Assembly: GCA_963713975.1 (NCBI GenBank)
Contig: OY970218.1
Location: 3,008,001 to 3,072,000 of the forward strand
DNA length: 64,000 nt
DNA from: an uncultured Chloroflexia bacterium
GTDB lineage: Bacteria > Chloroflexota > Limnocylindria > Limnocylindrales > CSP1-4
Direction of reading: 5' to 3'
A program made the translations under genes and the position numbers. Shown here piece after piece: positions 57,431-64,000 of this stretch (position 1 is the first letter of the stretch; each line of letters starts with the position of its first letter). The notes beneath the pieces were generated by a model. The model worked only from the letters and a program-made list of their open reading frames with translations, was not told where the DNA came from and searched no databases.

Positions 57431-58311
57431 CGGTCCGCCGCAAGCCAGGCGAGCCCGGCGTCGAGCGTCACCGGCAAGGAGGTCCGCATGCCACTCCCCA
57501 GGGCGTGGGCGACCGCCGTCACGTCCGGCACCCGGATCCCCGCGGCCGACATCCCGAGCACATCACCCAGCACGTCCCCTGGCGGGCCATCGGCCACCAG
57601 GCGGCCCTCGTGGAGCACGAGGAGGCGTCCGGCACGCTCCGCCAGGAGCTCCACGTCATGCTCGACGACGAGGATCGCCGTCCCGTCACCTTCGGCCACC
57701 TCGCCCAGCAGGTCGAAGACTGCGGCGCGCGAGCGCGGATCAAGGCCCGAGGTCGGCTCATCGAGCACCAGGAGCACCGGTCGCATCGCCAGCGCGCAAG
57801 CCAGCAGCAGCCGCTGCTGCTCACCCCCGGAAAGGCTCAGCGGCGAGCGGTCCGCCAGTCCGCCCAGGCCAACGTGTTCGAGCGTGCTCGAGACGCGGTC
57901 GACCATCTCCGGGTATGGCATCGCCAGCGATTCGAGGCCCAGCGCCACCTCCTCGGCCACGGTTCCCTGGCTGAGCTGCGCCCCCGGCTCGTCGAGCACG
58001 ATCCCGACCAGCGATGCCATCCTGCGCACCGGGGTCGCGAGGGCGTCCCTCCCGGTCACGCTCACCATCCCGATCACATGGGCCGTCACCAGCTGCGGGA
58101 CGATGCCGTTGAGACACCGGCACAACGTGGACTTGCCGGCGCCGTTCAACCCCGCGAGGCCGACGACCTCGCCGGCGAGAAGATCGAAGGTGACGCCGTC
58201 AAGCGCATCCACCGCACTGGACGGGTACCGGACGTGAAGGTCGCGAACGGCGACGACCGGGGGCGGGACACCCGGCGCAGCCCCGGTCCCGTTGTCCCGG
58301 GCAGTCATCAC
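57427..58311 (-). CDS. ECF transporter ATPase (first subunit)
   Basis: GLNGAGKST, LSGGEQQR, LDEPTSGLD motifs. Confidence 0.9.
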   Translation of the reverse strand: MMTARDNGTGAAPGVPPPVVAVRDLHVRYPSSAVDALDGVTFDLLAGEVVGLAGLNGAGKSTLCRCLNGIVPQLVTAHVIGMVSVTGRDALATPVRRMASLVGIVLDEPGAQLSQGTVAEEVALGLESLAMPYPEMVDRVSSTLEHVGLGGLADRSPLSLSGGEQQRLLLACALAMRPVLLVLDEPTSGLDPRSRAAVFDLLGEVAEGDGTAILVVEHDVELLAERAGRLLVLHEGRLVADGPPGDVLGDVLGMSAAGIRVPDVTAVAHALGSGMRTSLPVTLDAGLAWLAADR

Positions 58312-58320
58312 GGCCGTGAC

Positions 58321-59004
58321 TCAGGCCGGCGGCTGGGTGAGCGCGACCGCGATGGCGAGCCCGACCCCAACGAGGACCCCGCCGATGGCCAGGCCCAGCC
58401 GTCGCGTCCCCGGCTGCTCAGGCAGGACCGCGCGGGCCGTGACCACGACCGGCAGGGCGGCGGTGATCGCGAGGCCCGCATAGGCGGAGATGACCTTGTC
58501 CGGGATCGACGACAGGACGCTGGAGATCAGCGTGGCGCGCTCGAGACCAAAGCTCGCGAGGGCAGCTGTGATCAGGTCGGACGGATGGCCCGTTGCCCCA
58601 CCGAACAGGAACAGGACGATCGGCGTGGCCAGGGCCCCGGTCACGACGCCCACGGCCACCGCCAGCAGGAAGAATGCGATCGAGCTCCGCCCCAGCCCGA
58701 AGGAGCGGATCCCATAGCCCCAGAGGAGTGCGGCGACCACGCTGACCGGGGCGAACAGGAGATTCGAGACGCCATTGGGAACGATGCCCAGGACGTTGGT
58801 GAGCACCCCGGCGAGTGCGCCCCACCAGGGCCCGAGCAGCACGGCCGCCAGGAAGGTCCCGATGGTGTCCAGGTAGATCGGCAGGCGCAGAAGCCCGGCG
58901 ACCCAGTTCGCGATGAAGTTGACCGCGACCGCCAGCGGGATCAAGGCGATGACGAGCATCGTGGGCGGTGCGCCGGACCGAACCCCGCCACTGCTGGCCG
59001 TCAT
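58321..59004 (-). CDS. ECF transporter S component, QrtT/STY3230-like
   Basis: LRLPIYLDTIGT..AAVLLGP..G, FGGATG, IPDKVIS motifs; GGAGG RBS. Confidence 0.82.
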   Translation of the reverse strand: MTASSGGVRSGAPPTMLVIALIPLAVAVNFIANWVAGLLRLPIYLDTIGTFLAAVLLGPWWGALAGVLTNVLGIVPNGVSNLLFAPVSVVAALLWGYGIRSFGLGRSSIAFFLLAVAVGVVTGALATPIVLFLFGGATGHPSDLITAALASFGLERATLISSVLSSIPDKVISAYAGLAITAALPVVVTARAVLPEQPGTRRLGLAIGGVLVGVGLAIAVALTQPPA

Positions 59005-59152
59005 GCCACCTCCCTGGTCGTTCGAGTGCGACGGCTCCAGCCGTGCGGGAGACACTGTACGGGAGGGCGGGCCGCCCGATGGGGGCCGCGGGCGCGCGAT
59101 TGCGCGGCATCGTAGGCTGGCGGCGCACGCGTCCCACCCTGCGGAGATCGTC

Positions 59153-60229
59153 ATGACCGAGCGCTGTCTCATCCTTCTTGGCACGCCCAAGGGGGCGTTC
59201 ATCCTCGACGGCAGCACGGACCGCCGGGAATGGAAGGTCCGAGGACCGCTGTGCGGTGGCTGGCCCATCCACGACATCTCCGTGGACCCCGCCTCGGGGG
59301 CCCTGCTCGCGGGCGCGGGCAGCCCGTGGTTCGGGCCGGCGGTCTGGCGCAGCGACGATCTCGGTGAGACGTGGGAGCATTCCAGCGAGGGCCTGACCTA
59401 TGGCGACGATGGGCCGAAGGTCGCCAAGGTCTGGAACGTGACCGCGGGCCTCGACGGGATCTATGCGGGTGTCGATCCCGCAGGTTTGTTCCGCAGCACG
59501 GACGGCGGCCGCACCTGGGCCCACGTCGAGGGTCTCACCAACCACCCCAGCCGCCCGGAGTGGGGTCCGGGCCTCGGCGGGCTCATCCTCCACACCATCG
59601 TCCCCCACCCCACCGACCCCCGGCGGATGTGGGTCGGCATCTCCTCGGTTGGCGTGTTCGAGACGCGCGATGGCGGGGCGACCTGGCACACCCGGAACCA
59701 GGGTGTGCGCGCTGACTTCAACCCGGAGAACCGGTACCCCGAGTACGGGCAGTGCGTGCACAAGCTCGTCATGGCGCAGGGCGGCGGGGAGCGGCTCTAC
59801 CAGCAGAACCACTGCGGCGTCTACCGCTCGACCGACGGCGGCGAGGCGTGGGACGAGATCACCGAGGGACTGCCGTCCGAATTCGGGTTCGTGATGGCGG
59901 CCCACCCCCGCGATCCGATGACCGTCTGGAACATCCCCTTGACCCCGCCCGAGGAGGGCCGCCTCATGCCCGGCGCGGCAGCCGCGGTCTGGCGCACCAA
60001 CGACGGGGGCGCCACCTGGATCCGCTCGGGCGACGGGCTCCCACAGCAGGACGCGTACGTCGGCGTCCTGCGTGAGGCGATGGCCGTGGACCGCCTCGAT
60101 CCCGTTGGCGTCTACTTCGGCACCAGCACCGGACAGGTGTATGGCTCCGCCGACGAGGGCCGGACGTGGTCGAAGCTCGCCGACAACCTGCCGCCGATCT
60201 GGGCGGTCGAGGCGCATGTCGTCGCCTGA
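59153..60229 (+). CDS. BNR/Asp-box repeat beta-propeller protein
   Basis: Repeated S.D.G.TW Asp-boxes (SDDLGETW, STDGGRTW, TRDGGATW, SADEGRTW); GQCVHK, QQNHCGVY; no signal peptide. Confidence 0.88.
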   Translation: MTERCLILLGTPKGAFILDGSTDRREWKVRGPLCGGWPIHDISVDPASGALLAGAGSPWFGPAVWRSDDLGETWEHSSEGLTYGDDGPKVAKVWNVTAGLDGIYAGVDPAGLFRSTDGGRTWAHVEGLTNHPSRPEWGPGLGGLILHTIVPHPTDPRRMWVGISSVGVFETRDGGATWHTRNQGVRADFNPENRYPEYGQCVHKLVMAQGGGERLYQQNHCGVYRSTDGGEAWDEITEGLPSEFGFVMAAHPRDPMTVWNIPLTPPEEGRLMPGAAAAVWRTNDGGATWIRSGDGLPQQDAYVGVLREAMAVDRLDPVGVYFGTSTGQVYGSADEGRTWSKLADNLPPIWAVEAHVVA

Positions 60230-60521
60230 CGCCACGCAGGTGGACGACGGCCCTGCGCCGGCCGTCGTCCACCTGCCCCGCTCGCTGGTGGCGCTGTTCC
60301 CCTCCGCGGAGCGGCGCATGTCCGCCGACGGATCGACGGTCCTCGATGTCATCAGGGACCTGGACCGCCGGGTTCCGGGCATCGCGAACAGGGTGCTTGA
60401 CGCCGGTCCAACGCTGCGGACGCATCTCAACGTATTCGTGGACGGCGACATCGCGGCGCTCGACACGGCGGTGCCGCCCGGCTCCCGCGTGTACATCATC
60501 CCGGCGGTGTCCGGGGGCTGA
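60216..60521 (+). CDS. MoaD/ThiS family ubiquitin-like protein
   Basis: HLNVFVDG...IIPAVSGG with C-terminal diglycine; overlaps the upstream gene. Confidence 0.88.
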   Translation: MSSPDATQVDDGPAPAVVHLPRSLVALFPSAERRMSADGSTVLDVIRDLDRRVPGIANRVLDAGPTLRTHLNVFVDGDIAALDTAVPPGSRVYIIPAVSGG

Positions 60522-60560
60522 GACCCGGTCCTGCCGCCTGCGGGTCCTCCGGCGTCGCGC

Positions 60561-61241
60561 TTACCCGCCCGAGCCGCCCAGGAGGTCAGCCGCCTCGTCC
60601 ACAGATGCCCGCTGGTCGTCCGTCTGGAGGTGGCGGCGATCGTGCGCGGAAGCGTGCGCGAACCGATCGAGCCGGTCCCGGAGGTCGCGCAGCCGGTCCA
60701 GCTGTCGTCCCTCGATGGCCGGCCACCACGGCGGGACCGTGCGCCGGTCCACGAGGGCCACCAGGTGATCGAGACAGAACTGCGCCGCGGAGACGGCCTC
60801 GGCCCAGGTGGGGTTCTCGGCGAGGCCGACAAGGCCCTCGACCGCCGCCTCGTCATGCTGCGAGAGGCGCCGGCACGCGGGGCAGGCAGGCGGGCTGCCA
60901 GCCTCCAGTGACCGACGGGCACGGGACCGTCGGCCGGCGGCATGCACGGCCTCGAGGTCCCGGAGCCGCGCGGTGAGGGTGGCCCGGAGGAGGATCGACG
61001 CCCCCAGACTGCCGGCCCGTCGCCGATCTGCCACGAGGAATGCGCGGCAGTGGTCCGGGCAGAGGCCACGCCCCTCGTCAAGCTCGCGCCGGAACGTGAC
61101 GTCGTTGACGCTCTCGGCGAGGATCGATTCCAGGTAGCCGGCGTCCGCACGGGCTCGCTCGCGGCACAAGGGACAGCCCGGTGCTGCGAAGGCATCCGCG
61201 AGATGCACGTCGGCACCCGTGCGTGCGGGGAGTCTCGTCAT
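60561..61241 (-). CDS. DUF6062-like protein with duplicated zinc-binding motifs
   Basis: GCPLC...ESVND...GLCPDH and CPAC...FCLDH duplicated pattern. Confidence 0.75.
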   Translation of the reverse strand: MTRLPARTGADVHLADAFAAPGCPLCRERARADAGYLESILAESVNDVTFRRELDEGRGLCPDHCRAFLVADRRRAGSLGASILLRATLTARLRDLEAVHAAGRRSRARRSLEAGSPPACPACRRLSQHDEAAVEGLVGLAENPTWAEAVSAAQFCLDHLVALVDRRTVPPWWPAIEGRQLDRLRDLRDRLDRFAHASAHDRRHLQTDDQRASVDEAADLLGGSGG

Positions 61242-61267
61242 GACGTCATGGTGGCCCCTGTTGGCGA

Positions 61268-61385
61268 CCCGCGCACGGCGGGCACGGCGTCGGCCCGCGC
61301 ACGGCGGGCACGGCGTCGGCCCGCCGCCCGCTCGCGTGATGGTGCCGCCCGCGCGCGTGGCGGCGCCGCCCGCTCGCGTGGCGGA
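61268..61385. repeat. Two adjacent tandem repeats (26 bp x2, 21 bp x3)
   Basis: CCCGCGCACGGCGGGCACGGCGTCGG twice at 61268-61319; GCCGCCCGC(T/G)CGCGTG.. 21-bp unit three times at 61323-61385. Confidence 0.85.
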
Positions 61386-61707
61386 CCATTCAGGGACCGC
61401 GATCCTCGGTTGGTCCGCCACGCGGCCGAAACGCCCTCCGAACCGCCACTGAACCACCACCGAAGCCCCGTGCTGCCCGCCATCAGCGGACCAAACAGCG
61501 AACGTGTTCGCCAGATGGTCCTCCGGGCGGCCCGGCGGAGCCCCCACGCCGGACGGCCGTCGCGTAACCCGCAGGTGCCCTGCCCGCGGCGCCCACACCA
61601 CCCGGCTCGTCTCCCGACACTCGTGAAACGGGGGGTTGCGCCGGGGTTCATAATGCAGATGTCTCTCCCCCTCCACCCGCCCGGCGGGCGTCCCGGAGGT
61701 ACCGACG

Positions 61708-61881
61708 GTGGCGATGCGAACGGCCAGATGGCACAACCTGCAACGGCGCATTGAGGACTTGCGCCGGCCGACCGCAGGCATCGACGCATCGCACGGCGCC
61801 GGCAATCCGGAGTCCCGCCCGCGAGCGGGCAACCTCTCGAGCGACACAAGGGCCGGCAGAGCCGGGCGGTCGGGGCGGTAG
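61708..61881 (+). CDS. Small hypothetical protein (57 aa), not in the ORF track
   Basis: CATAAT -10 at 61649-61654, GGAGGT RBS, GTG at 61708; translates to MAMRTARWHNLQRRIEDLRRPTAG... Confidence 0.5.
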   Translation: MAMRTARWHNLQRRIEDLRRPTAGIDASHGAGNPESRPRAGNLSSDTRAGRAGRSGR

Positions 61882-61999
61882 TCCCACCGCCGACCGCGCG
61901 GGGCCGGTGCAACACCTGGCCCCAGCTACGACACACGATCCAGGGCCGTCGTTCAGGAAGCGACGGCCCTGTCGCATCCCGCCGTAGACTGGCGACGCC

Positions 62000-62869
62000 A
62001 TGCCGAAACACCCCGGCCCCACCGATTCCTCTGTCGACGTGCGCGCAGCGACATCCACGGAGTCCGCCGACGTGCGCGCGATGCACGAAGCCAACCGCCT
62101 GGCCTGGGACGAGGCCGCGGAACGCTACGAGGGCTGGTTCGACGAGGCCGTTGCCCTGATCGGTGGCGGCGGCTCGAACCTCTACCCCGTCGAACACGAC
62201 CTGATCGGCGACCTGCGCGGGCGCTGCCGCCGTGCGATCCACCTCCAGTGCGCCGGGGGGCGCGACACCCTGTCGCTCTGGAACCTCGGGGCGACCGAGG
62301 TGGTCGGGGTGGACTTCAGCTCCCGGATGCTGGACCTGGCGCAAAGGCTGACATCGGCGACCGGAGCCCGCGCGACCTGGGTCGAGGCGGATGTCCTGGA
62401 GGTGCCACACGACCTCGACGGGACGGCAGACCTGCTGTACACGGGCCGCGGGGCGATCATCTGGCTCCAGGACCTGGACCGGTGGGCGGCGGTCCTGTAT
62501 CGCCTGCTGGCACCCGGAGGCCGGCTGGTGATCTTCGACGGCCACCCCGCCGAGTGGCTGTTCGATGGCGACGGCGAGGGTGGCTGGATCCTCACGGACT
62601 ACGACTACTTCGGCGGACCGGAGGCCTCACGCGGCTGGGCGCCCGAGTACATCGACCGGCTGTCGATCCCGGAGGAGGAACAGCACTGGAAGTTCGCGCG
62701 GGCGTGGACGCTGGGCGAGATCATCACGGCCCTGCTGGGGGCGGGGCTGCACCTCCAGCGCGTCACCGAGCACCCCGTCGACTGGTGGGCGGGCCACCGC
62801 GACGTCGGCCCGGTCGAGCGCGGGCGCGTCCCGTTGTCCTTCTCCGTGGTGGCAACACGCGACGCCTGA
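62000..62869 (+). CDS. Class I SAM-dependent methyltransferase
   Basis: HLQCAGGRDT, GVDFS, ADV, GAIIWLQDL..W...LLAPGG motifs. Confidence 0.88.
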   Translation: MPKHPGPTDSSVDVRAATSTESADVRAMHEANRLAWDEAAERYEGWFDEAVALIGGGGSNLYPVEHDLIGDLRGRCRRAIHLQCAGGRDTLSLWNLGATEVVGVDFSSRMLDLAQRLTSATGARATWVEADVLEVPHDLDGTADLLYTGRGAIIWLQDLDRWAAVLYRLLAPGGRLVIFDGHPAEWLFDGDGEGGWILTDYDYFGGPEASRGWAPEYIDRLSIPEEEQHWKFARAWTLGEIITALLGAGLHLQRVTEHPVDWWAGHRDVGPVERGRVPLSFSVVATRDA

Positions 62870-62933
62870 GCCGGGCGACTCACGGGTGCGTCGGTGATTG
62901 ACGCGCCCGTGTTCCGGCGGGGAGGATGCGCCC

Positions 62934-63155
62934 ATGGACGACCACGAACCCGAAGCGATCGACGACCTTGACGCCCGGGAGGCGGCCCGCGTCCGCCGCC
63001 GTGACCATGACGCCGAGGCTGCCCGACGCGACCTGATGCGCCCCGGCATGGGCAAGGTGTTCAAGCAGATCACGGACTCGTGGGGCGAGCAGGCCTCTGA
63101 GCACGAAACGCGTGCGCGGAAGGGTGCTGGGCAGGGCTCCCATCGACCTCGGTAG
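62934..63155 (+). CDS. Small hypothetical protein (73 aa)
   Basis: GGAGG at 62921, ATG at 62934; charged helical sequence ending ...RPGMGKVFKQITDSW. Confidence 0.65.
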   Translation: MDDHEPEAIDDLDAREAARVRRRDHDAEAARRDLMRPGMGKVFKQITDSWGEQASEHETRARKGAGQGSHRPR

Positions 63156-63292
63156 GCCGGCGCGAGTGCAGGCGCGGCAGCCACGGTGCCCGACCGCCGT
63201 GCGGAGCCGGGCGGTGAAGCCGCTCCGGGGGTTCGCTGCCGATGGGGCGATTGCCCAGGGAACCGTTAGCTCGCCTGATCGCGGGCGGGACC

Positions 63293-63891
63293 TTATCGCC
63301 GACGCGCGCGGAACGCACGTCTGAGCATCACGATCAGCGGGAATGCCGCGACAAGCGCGATGAGCGAGATGATCGCCACGCCGGCAGCGGGGTGGATACC
63401 GAGCCCTCCGCCGCGTGACATTCCGCGGAGTCGTTCGCTGTACGCCACGATCGGCACCGAGCGACACGGCCACGATCCCCCCGTCGCACTCACCCAGGAT
63501 CGCGTCGTGGCCCCAGGCGCGCACCACGCGAGCGTCGCGGCCCACCGTGCCGACTGCCGTCACGATGGCTTCGGGGTCTCCCCTGTCGGTGCCGGCTGCG
63601 GAGGCTGCCCGTCGTGGGCGGTGAAGGCAGCCATGCGCTTCGGACGTCCGTCCACGCCGAGCACCACCCACCAGGTGTCCGTCGCGCGGTCGAGCGTGCG
63701 GTCGGCCAATCGAATGCCTCGGTGGCCACGAACTCGGGAAGCGCGACGAGGGTCTCCTCGCCGTACTGCCCGGCGGCCGCGACGACGGCGGCACGGACGG
63801 CGGGGGCGGACGGCACATCCCACGGCATCTCCCCGGCGCCGCATGCGCCACCGGCAAGCGCCATCGCCAGTCCCAACACTGCCATGCGCAT
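63293..63891 (-). pseudogene. Probable frameshifted lipoprotein/membrane protein
   Basis: Signal peptide and lipobox-like start (MRMAVLGLAMALAGGAC) and a C-terminal TM with basic tail lie in different frames, with protein-like segments between them. Confidence 0.4.
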
Positions 63892-64000
63892 GCTCGGCCC
63901 CCTCATCGACGACGGTCGGAGGCTCGTGTAGCCAACTCGGCCCGGGTTGGCGCGACAGCGCCTCGCCGGCTCAGCGCGGTGCCGGCTCCAGGAAGCTCCC

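Noticed and set aside
59005-59152. preQ1 or other riboswitch ahead of the ECF operon
   Set aside because: Only a short hairpin in an approximately 50-nt leader; no A-rich preQ1 tail or other recognisable aptamer
61268-61385. Repeats as a CRISPR array
   Set aside because: Head-to-tail with no unique spacers; no cas genes in the window
61499-61510. CGAACGTGTTCG as a LexA box
   Set aside because: Spacer is 2 nt rather than the required 4

Overview
Very high-GC bacterial chromosomal segment. Gene content and protein style suggest Chloroflexota, possibly the Limnocylindria/Ellin6529 lineage (inference, not a database result). The left half (1-32 kb) is core genome: mutS2 3' end, class A PBP, tyrS, a his operon headed by a TrpR-like YerC regulator with divergent hisA, an EF-G paralog, yebC-ruvC-ruvA, an S9 peptidase, ruvB-tgt-recA-recX, rny-ymdB-PHP, terC and miaB-miaA-hflX. 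The right half (32-64 kb) is a mosaic of accessory genes: a VapBC-type TA pair, peptidases, GNATs, a two-component system, ArsR-SRPBCC-VOC, GH18/ABC, a QrtT-like ECF transporter with ribokinase, and a BNR-propeller/MoaD pair. No rRNA, tRNA, CRISPR array, transposase or integrase was recognised. Signals outside the obvious genes: (i) a 28-bp dif-like XerCD site at 34949-34976, close to the core/accessory boundary; (ii) a 6S RNA-like long hairpin before rny; (iii) a perfect LexA-type SOS box controlling an unknown 67-aa HxH/CxC protein, and a second box before ruvB; (iv) a TGT with queuine-accepting pocket residues plus a QrtT-like ECF/ribokinase operon, suggesting queuosine salvage; (v) unannotated small ORFs with good translation signals (52 aa before recA, 57 aa near 61.7 kb, a 23-aa leader coupled to tyrS); (vi) a TrpR-operator-like palindrome between the his operon and hisA.
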